Shown here: piece by piece, positions 44,623 to 55,408 of the stretch
Position numbering within the stretch: position 1 is the first letter of the stretch
Layout: each line of letters opens with the position of its first letter
Assembly (NCBI GenBank): GCA_963790915.1
Contig: CAWBQS010000003.1
Coordinates: 1,451,711 to 1,515,710 of the forward strand
Length of the DNA stretch: 64,000 nucleotides
Direction of reading: 5' to 3'
DNA from: an uncultured Chloroflexia bacterium
GTDB lineage: Bacteria > Chloroflexota > Limnocylindria > Limnocylindrales > CSP1-4
The notes under the pieces: model-generated
What the model was told of the DNA's origin: nothing
The model's input: the letters and a program-made list of their open reading frames with translations, nothing else
Databases searched by the model: none
Program-made: the position numbers and the translations under genes

Positions 44623-44910
44623 ATGGCAACCATCAAGATGACGTTCAGCCTGGACGAGGCGACGGCGGCTCGGCTGGAGGAGTCGGCCGCGTCCCTGCGC
44701 AAGCCCAAGAGCGAGGTCGTGCGGGAGGCCATCCGCGACTACGCCGAACGTGTCGGCCGCTTGACGGAGGCGGAGCGACGCCGGCTCCTCGGCGTCTTCG
44801 ATGAGCTCGTGCCGGCCATCCCGGCGCGGCCCGTGGACGAGGTCGATGCGGAGCTCTCCGAGCTCCGGCAGGCGCGCCGCCAGGGCGGAAGAGGGCGGGC
44901 ACCGGCGTGA
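44623..44910 (+). CDS. CopG/RHH antitoxin (VapB-like)
   Basis: MATIKMTFSLDE...KPKSEVVREAIRDY. Overlaps the toxin start. Confidence 0.82.
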   Translation: MATIKMTFSLDEATAARLEESAASLRKPKSEVVREAIRDYAERVGRLTEAERRRLLGVFDELVPAIPARPVDEVDAELSELRQARRQGGRGRAPA

Positions 44911-45287
44911 TCGTCGTCGATACGTCGGCGCTCATCGACAGTCTCGCCGGCCCGAGGCGTTCGGCGCCCCGGATGCGCGCCCTCATCGAGGCTGGCGAGC
45001 GTCTCGCGCTCCCGACCCTCGTCCTCTACGAGTGGTGGCGCGGGCCGCGGCGTCACGAGGAGCTCGCGGCCCAGGAAGCCCTCTTCCCGGCGGAGGCGGC
45101 GCTGCCCTTCGGCGTGGAGCAGGCAGACATCGCGGCGCGCCTCTACGGGTCGGTGAGTCGGCCCCGGGGTCGAGAGGTGGACCTGGCCATCGCCGCCCAC
45201 GCCATCAGCAGGGACGCCCGCCTCTGGACCCTGAACCCTGGCGACTTCGAGGACATCCCAGGCCTCGTCACCGTCGTGCTCGCCTGA
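44907..45287 (+). CDS. vapC: VapC PIN-domain toxin
   Basis: VVDTSALID, VLYEW, DLAIAAHA and LWTLNPGDF. Confidence 0.9.
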   Translation: MIVVDTSALIDSLAGPRRSAPRMRALIEAGERLALPTLVLYEWWRGPRRHEELAAQEALFPAEAALPFGVEQADIAARLYGSVSRPRGREVDLAIAAHAISRDARLWTLNPGDFEDIPGLVTVVLA

Positions 45288-45335
45288 TCGCGGTGGCGAT
45301 CCAACCTCGGGCGCTGCCTGGCCGCGCCGATCGCC

Positions 45336-45351
45336 GTGCGATCGATCGCAC
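45336..45351. repeat. Perfect 16-bp palindrome GTGCGATCGATCGCAC between convergent genes
   Basis: Self-reverse-complementary. Lies between the 3' ends of vapC and the HNH gene. Confidence 0.7.
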
Positions 45352-45424
45352 CGGTCACGCTGCCGACGGACCGGTCACGGTCCATGGCGTCTCGGGCGAC
45401 GTCGTGCCCCGGCCGTCACGACCT

Positions 45425-46348
45425 TCATCCCCGGAACAGAGCGTCGCCGTGCCACTCGAGGAACTCGCGGGCTGGGGGCGGGTCGGGTGACCTCGGCAGT
45501 CGGATGCGAGACCGGTCCAGGGCGTAGTAGTCGTGGCCGTTCTCGATCTCGTCGCGGATGCTTCGGCTGACGCGCAGCTCGTAGTCTGGCGTCACCGTGA
45601 CATAGCCTCGGTCGAAGAGCGTGTGCAGGTCCTCGCGCAGCAACAGACCGTTCTCCAGCGCGTGTGGGCCGGACTCGCTGTACGGCCTGATGTGCGCGGC
45701 TTGGAGCACGGGCAGCGTGCGTTCGTTCGTGACGGCGCAGCGCCGCTGGTAGGCATCGAGGACTCGCGCGCGGAAGGCACCCTGGCCAAGACGCGGCGCG
45801 ACGAGGGTCGGGTTGCCGTATCGGTCGGCCTCGGGGACTTCATCGTGGAGTGACGCGAAGGGCTGGGCGGCCCGGCGTGCCAGCTCGACGCGCTCCCAAA
45901 GGCTGGCGCCCACGAGCGTGCTCGTGTCGTAGGTCTTGCCCACCTGGACAGACCGGTGCCAGTCGAGGGGTGGAGCGACCCACAGGTCCGGCGGCAGGAA
46001 GAAGGGGGCAGCGAGCGCCACGCAGCCGATGGAGTCGGCGTGGACGTCGAAGGCGGGTCGGTACCGCCGATTCGCTGCGCCATGTCCTTGAACGTTGCGG
46101 AGCCGTTCGTGGTCCCGAAGACGTCCCAGGCGAGCCGTGCCGGCAGTAGCGTGAAGTAGGACCATGATTCGCCGCCCACCGATCCAGCCACCGTCCCGAG
46201 CGTGGAGCTTGAAGAGGAATGGGGCTCCTAGCGTGAGATTGACCGGCTTGCGTGCTCCCGGCTGCCAGAAGTCGACCTCGTCTAGCGGCCCCTGCGCGGA
46301 CAGAAAGCCGTACCAGTCGCGGTCCGTGAGGCCGACCCAGAACCTCAT
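45425..46348 (-). CDS. HNH endonuclease with N-terminal TDxxW...FWQP domain (internal frameshifts)
   Basis: GLTDRDW, EVDFWQP, RLGQGAFR, CAVT, AAHIRP and NGLLLREDLHTLFDRG. Confidence 0.85.
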   Translation of the reverse strand: MRFWVGLTDRDWYGFLSAQGPLDEVDFWQPGARKPVNLTLGAPFLFKLHARDGGWIGGRRIMVLLHATAGTARLGRLRDHERLRNVQGHGAANRRYRPAFDVHADSIGCVALAAPFFLPPDLWVAPPLDWHRSVQVGKTYDTSTLVGASLWERVELARRAAQPFASLHDEVPEADRYGNPTLVAPRLGQGAFRARVLDAYQRRCAVTNERTLPVLQAAHIRPYSESGPHALENGLLLREDLHTLFDRGYVTVTPDYELRVSRSIRDEIENGHDYYALDRSRIRLPRSPDPPPAREFLEWHGDALFRG

Positions 46349-46377
46349 GTCGGACAGTGTATGGGGAGCGACGGCCT

Positions 46378-46704
46378 TCAGCGGCTGATTCGCATCCTGA
46401 TGAACTGGGAGAGCTCGTCGCCACGGCTCCCGGGATCGTCGAGAGGACGGCACCGATGAAGGCGCTGCGATAGCCGACACTTGGGACCGATATCTCGAGC
46501 TCACCGTCACGCCAAAGGCGGTCGAGCGCCTCCTGCACCCACGCGACGGGCACGCGCTGCCCGCTCGGCGACTTCGTCGTGCCCACCACGACGTCTTCGC
46601 CTGCCATGCTCAACACCCAATTGGGCCGGCCGGTGATCGTGTTGGATCTCCTGGCCGATGAGGCCTTGAAGGATCGACCGGGCATCACGGTAGTCCACGT
46701 CCAT
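46378..46704 (-). CDS. Small hypothetical protein (~105 aa, frameshifted)
   Basis: MDVDYRDARSILQGLIGQEIQ joins TITGRPNWVL...GYRSAFIGAVLSTIPGA across ORFs 46507 and 45840. Confidence 0.5.
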
Positions 46705-46814
46705 CACTGGCCGCTCGATGACCCATTCGACGGCGGCGTTCTCCACGGGCCGACGAGCTTCGCAGCCGCCGGTGCGGGCACCGGCTCTTCGGGCTGCGGG
46801 CCGGGTTTCGTCGT

Positions 46815-49800
46815 TCACGCCACCACCTCCAGCACCCGGATCGTCTCCTCCTTGTCCGCCTGGAGCGGCGTCGTCGGGTGGCAGGTGAAGTAGATGACCT
46901 GGCAGGTCTGGGCGAGCGCCTCGATGGAGCGGCAGCCCGGGCGGCGCGGTCGTCGTCGAAGTTGACGAGGATGTCGTCCATGACGATGGGCAGCGGCTCC
47001 CCGGACGTCTCCACGAAGTGCTCGACGAGCCCGAAGCGCAGCGCCAGGTAGAGCTGCTCGGACGTGCCGCGTGACAGGGCCGGGATCCCGACCTGCCTGC
47101 CGTCGGCGCGCTCCGCACCCTCGATGGGCTTGCCGAGCGGCGCGATGATCCGCGGGTAGCGGCCACCGGTCCACTCGGTGAAGTGGCGCTCCGCCGCGGT
47201 CACGACGGCCGGTCGGTGCGCCTCCTCGTAGACGTGTCGGGAGCGCCACAGAAGATGGCGCGCGAGCGCCAGGACGGTCCAGCGCTCGGCGGCGGCCTCG
47301 ACCTGGGCCTGCGTGTCCGCCCGGCGCTGGCGCAGCTCGGTGGCCGCGGCATCCGCCTCCATCTCCTCGCGGCTCTTGCGCAGCGCGCCGGCCTCCTGGT
47401 TCAGGGCGTCCCGCGTCGACGCCAGGTCGGCGAGCTGCTGGTCCAGGGTCTCCACCTCACCCTGCACGTCGGCGATGTCGGCCACCGCGTCCAGGTCCGC
47501 CTGGAATGCCGTGAGCGCCTCGTCCGGCCCGGAGAGCGCCGCCAGGGTCGTCGTCAGGGCCGTCGCCTGCCCTTCCAGCGCGAGCGCCCTGGTGCTCCGG
47601 TCCACCTCGGCACGGAGCCCCTCCGGGTCGCCCACCCCCAGCTCCACCAGGAACGCGTCCAGGCCGCCCGTCGCTGCCGCACGTGCCTCCTCCGCCAGCG
47701 TGAGCACCTCCGCCCGCTCGGCCTGCGTGCGCACGAGCGCGTCCCTGGCGCGATCGCCCTCGACCGCGCTGGCGAGGCGTTCGGCCAGGAGGACCGCCGC
47801 CCCATCCGGATCCGCTTCGGCGGCGACGCCCGCGGGCAGGAGGTCGGCGAGGTCGGCCACCCTGGCCTCGAAGGACTCACGCTCCACGCGCTGTGCGTCG
47901 TGGCGGGTCTCCAGCGTGCGCATGGCCATGACCGTCGCCTTGGCAGCCGTCACGGCATCGACGACCCGGGCGGCGGTCTCGCGATCGTCCGAGGTGTCCA
48001 GGTCGTGAGCGCCGAGCCACTCCTGCCAGGTGGTGCGGGCAGCAGCGGCCTCCGCCTCGCGCTCGCCGACGGCCGTCACCAGCTGCCCCTGCGGGTCTCG
48101 ACCGTCGCCAGCGTGGCCCGCAGTCCCGACGCCTGCTCCTGCAGACCCGTCAGCCGGTTGGCCCTCGCACGGTCGGCCTCGATGGCCTCGCCGAAGGCCT
48201 CCAGGTCGCTCGAGCTCGGTGCGGCCGGCAGGCCCACGCCCTGCGCGACGGTCGCGACCTCGGCGGTCAGTCGCTCGACCTCCTGCGTGGCCGCGATCGC
48301 CCGGTCACGTCGGGCCTCCTCGCCCTCCAGGACGCGCCGCTCGTCGTCCAGCGTGGCGAGCAGGCGGTCGACGTCCGTCCGCCGTGGGCTCACTGCCGAG
48401 GTCGAGGGCCGGCCCGAGGCGGGCGATGCTCGCGTCGGCCGCCGCCAGCTGCTCCTCGAGCTGGCCGCGGACGCGCTCGACGTCCGCGACGCCGGTGGGA
48501 CGCCGCAGGTAGGCCAGTACCCCGGCGAGGGCGAGAGCACCGACCGCGATGACGATGACCGCGACCGGGGACGCGTTCGCCAGGAGCAGGGCCACGGCGA
48601 CGACGAGCCCGCCGATGGCGATGGCGGCCGGGAGCAGGTATGGCTCCCACGGTCGCGCGGCGGTCGCCTCGACCGTGGCCGAGGCACTGGTGAGGAGCCC
48701 GGAGGTGGTGCTCCGCGTCTCGAGGGCAGCCGCCAGGTCGCGCGCGTCGCGGGTGCGCTGCTCGAGCCTGGTGCGCTCGGCGGCCAGGTCTGCCTCGGGT
48801 GTGTCGGCGGCGATGCGTCGCTGCTCGTCGAGCCGGTCCGCGAGACCCCGGACCTGCTGGAGGGCGCGCTCGCGGGTGGGGTAGGGGAGGCGGGCGGCGA
48901 GCTCCGTCTCCAGCGTCGACATGCGGGCAGCCGCGTCGTCGACCTGCCCGGTCAGCTCGGTGATGCGGTCCTCGGCGGCCTTGAGCTCCCGGCGGGCGGT
49001 CAATTCGGCTTCCGCGGCGCGGTCCAGCATCGTGCGCAGGCGGCCTGCCATGTCCGAGTGGACGCTGACCAAATCGTCGAAGGCCTCGACGCGCTCGACG
49101 GTCCAACCGGACCCCAGCCTGGCCATCGCCGTGTCCACCTGGGTCCGGGCCTGCGCCAGCTCCAGCTCCGTGCGGGTCCGCTCGTCCTGGCGCGCGGTCT
49201 CCGCCCCGGCGGCCTCCACGAGATCCTGCAGCTCCTGCCGGCGAGCGAGGGCCGCCTCGTCCAGGACGGCGGCATCGACCTTCAGCGCGGCCTGGTCCCG
49301 GGCGGCTTCCGCGTTGCGCGCGGTCTCGTCGGCCGCGGTCAGCGCCGTCTCGAGTCGTGAGAGGCGCTCCAGCGTGTCCGCCGGGAAGGCCCTGGTCTCG
49401 CCGATGGCCTCCCGGTCGGCGCGGGCGGCGCGAAGCTCCAGCCAGGCCGGCCAGCCATCGATGACGCGCTGGCGGGCGCGTCGGTGGGCGGAGGCGTCCG
49501 CGTAGGTCGCGCCCAGCTCCTCGAGCCGTCGCTCGACCTCGGCGAGCCGTGCGCCAGCCGCGGCATACTCGGCTGGCAGGTCGCGGTCCTTCAGCTGCGC
49601 GTCGAGCTCCTCCAGCTCGCGAAGCAGCGTGTTGATGCGCGGGAGCTGACCGCCCGGCTTGAAGAGGGCCTCCATCTCGCCCGCGAGGCCGCCCTCCACG
49701 TCCAACCCGGAGACGCTGCCGGTGCCCAGGCCGGCGCCGTAGATGCGGGCCGCCACCTCCGCGTCCGTGAGGCTCCGGAACTGGGTCAGCTCCTCCAGGC

Positions 49801-50174
49801 CGAAGGCGAAGATGTTGCGGTAGACGCCGCTCTCCACGCCCTGCAGCAGGGTGGCGAGGGCTCCCTCGCCGAGCTCCTGGTGGTGCTCATCCTGGATGGA
49901 CAGCTTGCCGCCGCCGCCCTTGTCGCCGTAGCGCTCGATGCGGAAGGGGCGACCGTCCGCCATCTCCACGTTCAGCCAGCCACCGCGCCGGCCGCCGTTG
50001 AGGGCCGGGTAGCGGTCGCGCTCGAAGCCGAAGAGCATGGCGCGGATGAAGGCCAGGAAGGTGGTCTTGCCGGCCTCGTTGGGCCCTTTGATTATGGTCA
50101 GGCCCGGGCGCCGGCGCCAGGTGCGCCCCGTGGAACTGGCCGAAGCCATCGACGTTGATGTCGACGAGGCGCAT
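46815..50174 (-). CDS. YhaN-like AAA ATPase with long coiled coil (SMC/SbcC-like; several frameshifts)
   Basis: N-terminal GPNEAGKTT and YRNIFAFGLEEL, coiled coil, C-terminal LSRGTSEQLYLALR and PIVMDDILVNFD. Confidence 0.85.
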
Positions 50175-50177
50175 CGC

Positions 50178-51499
50178 TCAGCCCTCGTCCCCGAGGCGGT
50201 CCACGAGGATCGCCTCCGCCTCGTCCAGGAAGCGCCGCGATCCGTGCGGCGTCCGGTCGGGTGGCCGCGAGCACGCGGCGGGCTCGCTGGTTGCCGAAGA
50301 GGTCGTCGATGGCCTTCTCCAGGTCGGACAGGGCCGGGACGCCCTCGACCGTGGCGGCGGGCGCCTCCGTGCCCTCGGCGGTCTGTCGGAGCTGACCCCG
50401 CGCGGCGTCGAGTCGGCGGAGCAGGTCGCCCACGAAGTCCTCGGCCTGCCGACGTGCCTCGACGTCCACGGCCGGGCGGGTCCGGTCCCGCAGGCCCTCG
50501 ATCCAGGCGAACGGCTCGGCCGTGCCCAGGCGCTCCTGGGCTGCCGTGGCGACATCCGCGCGCAGGCCGGGCCTGGCGAGCGACGTGTGCATCGGTCCCC
50601 GGCCGGTGAGCGTGACCCGGCCGACGATGGAGCGCTCGGCGGCGCTGCGGGCCCCGTCCACGGCGGCGGTCACCGCGTCCACGAGCGCCTCTTCCGTCTC
50701 GAGCTCCTCGATGGGCACGTCGATGAGCTGCCAGCGCACGACGTCCACCGGGCGGAACTCCGGGTGGGCGTGGCCGCCGTCATCGACGCGCACGAGGTAG
50801 CAGCCGCGCGGGTCGGTCTCCTCCGGGTCCCGGCCCTGCGGGTTGCCGCAGTAGACGGCCGTGGGCTGCTTCTTCGAGAGGACCGCGTGCTTGTGGATGT
50901 GGCCGAGGGCCCAGTAGTCCATGCCGGAGGCCTTCAGGTCGGAGACGCTGCAGGGGGCGTAGTTGGCGGCGCCTTCCAGCCCGCCGACGTTGGCGTGCAG
51001 CAGGCCGATGGCGTATGGCGCGTCCGCCTCACGCCGGAAGCCGCTTGGCGAGGTTGGTGGTGATGTCCCGCTGGTGGTAGCTCACGCCGTAGACGCGGGC
51101 GATCTCCGTGCCATCGCGCACGACCGGCCGGGCGGTCACCTCGTGGGCCGGGAAGCGGTGCGCCAGCGCCGGCCAGGCGACCGATGGCTCCCAGCCGTCC
51201 AGGGGATCGTGGTTGCCGGTCACGACGAAGGAGGCGATGCCGGCCTCCGCCAGGCGGGCCAGGCCATCCCGGAAGACGAGCTGGCCGCGGAGCGTCCGGT
51301 TGGCGCGCTCGAAGGCGTCCCCGGCCACGAGCAGGAAGTCCACCTGCTCCCGCGAGGGCCAGGTCCACGATGTTGCGCCAGGCCAGGATCGTGGACTCGC
51401 GCAGGAGCGCGGCCACGTTGGGCGGCGCCTCGGCCGGTCAGGCCGACGAAGGGGCTGTCGAGGTGCAGGTCGCCGGTGTGGACGAAGGAGAAGGCCATG
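50178..51499 (-). CDS. YhaO-like Mre11/SbcD metallophosphoesterase DNA nuclease (frameshifted)
   Basis: FVHTGDLHLDSPF, AGDAF, TGNHD, DYWALGHIH and GNPQGR...E...RG. Confidence 0.87.
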
Positions 51500-51638
51500 T
51501 CGTCAGCGGGACCGCGCGACGAGCTTGCGGCGGGCGCGGGCAGCCGGGCGCCCACGTGGCGCGGCTGTCCCCCCGTGTCCGACTGTCATGGCCCCCTCGA
51601 TGGGCGTGCAGGCCGTTTCCGGGACCATACGCGTTTCC

Positions 51639-51659
51639 TGTGCCAGCTCACGTGGCACA
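51639..51659. promoter_or_regulatory. Palindrome TGTGCCA-gctcacg-TGGCACA (site 3 of 3)
   Basis: Intergenic, 140 bp upstream of the YhaO-like start and divergent from hipBA. Confidence 0.6.
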
Positions 51660-51825
51660 CGGCCCCACCCTTCGGGCCGGATGGCGCGTCGTGGTCCAGG
51701 CAGTCGCACCGGCGGTTGGCAAGTCCGCCACGACGGTGGGACTCCCTGGCGGACAGGCGAGGCGGCTCCTGCGACCGGGCGGGCGCGCGGAAGTACACCG
51801 GCACGGCCCGCAGACCGAAGGCGTC

Positions 51826-51877
51826 ATGTCTCATAACATTGACACAACGTCGGCGTTGCGTCTAACCTATGAGACAT
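51826..51877 (+). promoter_or_regulatory. hipBA promoter with a 10-bp inverted-repeat operator pair
   Basis: ATGTCTCATA (51826-51835) and TATGAGACAT (51868-51877) bracket TTGACA-N18-TAACCT. The ATG lies 7 nt after the -10. Confidence 0.7.
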
Positions 51878-52181
51878 GAAGAAGTCGAAGCCGCTCTACC
51901 CACGGCAGCAGCGCGCGGCTTCAGAACTGGGCGCGCGGGTTCGACTTGCCCGAGAGCGCCGACGTATGCCCGCAGCGGAGATGGCGGAGCGCGCCGACAC
52001 CTCTCGGATGACGATCTACCGCCTGGAGCACGGCGACACGAGCGTCAGCCTCGGCGTGCTCGTGCGGGTGCTTGGCGTTCTCGGGCTGGTCGACGACCTC
52101 GGTGCAGTCGCCCGGGACGACGTCCTCGGCCGCCAGCTTCAGGACGCCGCCCTGCCGCGTCCCTCGCGGTCGTTGCGCTGA
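51876..52181 (+). CDS. hipB: HipB-like XRE helix-turn-helix antitoxin
   Basis: LGARVRLARERR...MAERADTSRMTIYRLEHG...VSLG. TGATG overlap with hipA. Confidence 0.75.
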   Translation: MKKSKPLYPRQQRAASELGARVRLARERRRMPAAEMAERADTSRMTIYRLEHGDTSVSLGVLVRVLGVLGLVDDLGAVARDDVLGRQLQDAALPRPSRSLR

Positions 52182-53438
52182 TGCCGAGGCTGGACGCTGC
52201 CGCCGTCTTCCTCGACGCACGCGACCTCGGTCCGTGCCGCGCAGTCGGCACACTCCGGCCCGCCGGTCGTGCGCCCGACAGCCCGATCGGCTTCGTCTAC
52301 GCCGCGGAATGGTGGTCCGAGCCCGCCGCCTTCCGGCTCGACCCGAGCCACTACGAACAGACCGTTCAGCCGCAGTATCCGGAGCCGGGTCACCAACTCG
52401 CGCCCGTGTTCACCGACGCCTCGCCTGACCGATGGGGGCGGATCCTGCTCGACTACCGGGAGCAGGACCGGGCAAGGGCAGAGGGCCGACGGCCCCGGCC
52501 GCTCGGCGAGTGGGACTATCTGCTCGGCGTCAACGATGAGCTTCGCATGGGCGCGCTGCGCTTTGCCGCGCCCGCGGCAGGTTCTCCGTTCCTCGACGAC
52601 GGTCCGGGTTCCGTCCCGCCGCTCGCGGACCTTCGGGAGCTGGAGCACGCAGCTCGGATCGTCGACGACCCACGTCATGATGATCCGTCCGCCATCCGGG
52701 ACGCACTGCGGCAGCTTCTCGCCCCCGGCAGCCCGATGGGTGGCGCCCGTCCCAAGTCGAACTTCCTTGATGCGGCAGGCGCGCTGTGGTTTGCGAAGTT
52801 CCCGTCGCACAACGACCGCAGAGACATGGGTGGCTGGGAGTACGTTCTGAATCGCCTCGCTGCACACGCGGGGATCGACGTCCCGGAGGCCGACCTTCGG
52901 ATGTTGTCCGGCCCGTACAACACGTTCCTCGCGCGTCGCTTTGACCGAGAGGGGAACGGCCGACGCCTGTTCGCGTCGGCCATGACGATGCTCGGCAAGC
53001 GGGACCGTGAGCCATCTTCCGTACGCCGAGATCGCCGAGGCCATCGACCTGAACGGGGCACCCGGTCACATCGAAGAGGATCTCGCCCAGCTGTTCCGCC
53101 GGCTCGTGTTCAACATCGTGACCGGTCATCGCGATGACCATCTGCGCAATCACGGGTTCCTGCGGGCCCCTGCCGGATGGCGTCTCGCTCCCGCCTATGA
53201 CCTCAACCCGATGCCTGAGATGTCGCAACACGAGGTTGCTGTCGGGCTTGCGGCCAGGGATCCCGATGTCGAGGTTGCCGTCAGTGAGACCGCGCCGTTC
53301 TGCCGGCTGACCCCGGCCGCGGCGCGCGACATCGTGAACGAGGTCCGTTCCGCGGTTGCAGAGTGGCGATCGGTCGCGCGCGAGGTGGGCCTGTCACGCA
53401 CGGAGATCGAGGCGGTGTCGCCGGCATTCGACGAGTGA
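52181..53438 (+). CDS. hipA: HipA-like Ser/Thr kinase toxin (frameshift near 53020)
   Basis: DASPDRWGR, GGARPK, AKFP, RRFDR, DDHLRNHGFL and LAPAYDLNP. Confidence 0.88.
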
Positions 53439-53644
53439 GGGGGCCAAGGCGTCGTGCCGCAACCGCGCGTTCACCAACCGTTCTTGACGCACACGTGGGA
53501 GAGTGGCCCTTCACACTCGGTCCTGAACCTGGAGAGTGCGGGTAGCACCTGTTGGTGAAGGACACAAGCAGTGCAACACGCCACGCGTGTGGATGGCCCG
53601 ACGGGTGCTGGGGCTGGAAGGGGTTCGTGAACGAGGAGCATGCC

Positions 53645-54495
53645 ATGACCGCCATCCCGACCATCACGCTCAACGACGGGCACGCCATCCCGCAGCTCGG
53701 GTACGGGACGTACCAGGTCCCGCCGGAGTCCACGGCACAGGCCGTGCGCGCTGCCCTGGACGCCGGCTACCGCCACATCGACACGGCGCAGATGTACCGG
53801 AACGAGCGCGGCGTGGGCGAGGGCATCCGGGCTGCCGGCCTCGACCGCGGCGAGGTCTTCGTCACGAGCAAGCTGAGCAACGCGGCCCATCGGCCCGACG
53901 ATGCCCGCCGCAGCCTTCGACGCCACGCTGGCGGCGCTGGGCTCCGACTACGTGGACCTCTTCCTCATCCACTGGCCGCTGCCGACGCTCTACGACGGCG
54001 ACTTCGTGAGCACCTGGCGGCTGCTGGAGGGCTTCGCGGAGGAAGGTCGGGCGCGCTCGATCGGCGTCTCGAACTTCGCCATCGCGCACCTCGAGCGGCT
54101 GGCCGCGGAGACCGCGACGCTGCCAGCCGTCAACCAGGTCGAGGTGCATCCCTACTTCCCCAACGATGCCCTGCGCCGCTACGGGCAGGAGCACGGCATC
54201 GTGACCGAGGCCTGGGCACCGCTCGTGCAGGGTCGGGCCCTCACGGACCCCGTCGTCAGCGACATCGCCGCACGCCTCGGCCGCAGCGCCTCGCAGGTCG
54301 TGCTGCGCTGGCACATCCAGCGGGGCGACGTCGTCTTCCCCAAGACGATGTCGGCGGCCCGCATGCGCGAGAACCTGGCCATCTTCGACCTGGAGCTCGA
54401 CGACCGCGGACATGGCCGCCATCGCCGGGCTCGACCAGGGTGACGCGGGTCGCACGGGTCCTCACCCGGACACGTTCGATTGGGTGCCCGCCTGA
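53645..54495 (+). CDS. Aldo/keto reductase, 2,5-diketo-D-gluconate reductase-like (frameshifted)
   Basis: IPQLGYG, HIDTAQMY, VTSKL, LIHWP, IGVSNF and NQVEVHP. Confidence 0.88.
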
Positions 54496-54550
54496 TCGTC
54501 GTCATCGCCCCGCCGCCTGCGCGGCCCGGGCCATCGGTATCCTCTCAGCC

Positions 54551-54910
54551 ATGACGTGGTCCGACCTGCCCCCGGGAGCGAGGGCGTTCCGCATCGCCCA
54601 CATCGTCTGGGGCGTGGCCGGCATGGCCAGCCTCGGGTACATCTGGTGGTCCGCGTTTCGCCGCCGTCGCGACCGACTCCTCGCTGCCAGCGTGGTCTTC
54701 CTCTCCATCGAGGGTCTGGCGCTGCTCGTGGGTCGCGGGGACTGCCCCTTCGGACCAGTCCAGTCGCGCCTGGGCGACCCGGTGCCGATGTTCGAGCTCG
54801 TCCTGCCGCCCCGGGCGGCGAAGGCAGCCGTTCCCATCCTCACCGGCATCTCGCTGGCCGGCTTCATCGCCGTGGCGCTGCGTGGCCCACGCTCGAAGCA
54901 GGCGCGCTAG
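54551..54910 (+). CDS. Small membrane protein (hypothetical)
   Basis: Three hydrophobic segments and a GDCP motif. Confidence 0.6.
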   Translation: MTWSDLPPGARAFRIAHIVWGVAGMASLGYIWWSAFRRRRDRLLAASVVFLSIEGLALLVGRGDCPFGPVQSRLGDPVPMFELVLPPRAAKAAVPILTGISLAGFIAVALRGPRSKQAR

Positions 54911-54992
54911 CCGGCCCGGGGCCAGGGCTATCGGGAATAGGCCATCTGTTCTATCCTGTGCCGTCCATCCGGAGCAGCAGGAGGCAGGTGCG

Positions 54993-55346
54993 ATGGGCGA
55001 GCGACCGATGTATCGGCAGGGTGACGTGCTCCTTGATGGGGTGGGCCGGTTGCCGCCCGGGGCCGCCGTCCGCCCGCTGCCGGCTGAGCGCGGCCGGTTG
55101 GTGCTGGCCTACGGGGAGGCGACAGGCCACCTCCACTCGGTGCCGGCCTCGGCCGGTGAGCTGCTGGAGGTCACGCAGGAGGGTGGTCGGACGCGGCGCT
55201 TCCTGCGCATCGTGGCCCCCACGAGCCTGACCCACCAGGAGCACGCAGCCATCGATCTTGCACCCGGCCTCTACCGGGTCGGGCTCCAGAGCGAGTACGT
55301 GCCCGCTCCCGGGTGGCACCCGCGGCGCCGCACGGTCCGGGACTGA
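54993..55346 (+). CDS. Conserved His-motif hypothetical protein (RQGDV...GHLH...HQEH...QSEY)
   Basis: SD aggagg upstream. The motif pattern matches small proteins I recall being encoded beside DUF6745 genes. Confidence 0.7.
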   Translation: MGERPMYRQGDVLLDGVGRLPPGAAVRPLPAERGRLVLAYGEATGHLHSVPASAGELLEVTQEGGRTRRFLRIVAPTSLTHQEHAAIDLAPGLYRVGLQSEYVPAPGWHPRRRTVRD

Positions 55347-55408
55347 ACGCGGTCCCGCGGTCCGGGACTGGACGAAGCCAGGTGGCCGGCTCCCCGACCG
55401 CCCACCGG

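Noticed and set aside
53495-53545. Glycine riboswitch (two ggagag motifs)
   Set aside because: The GCCGAAG and CTCTCAGG core elements are missing, and the downstream gene is unrelated to glycine.
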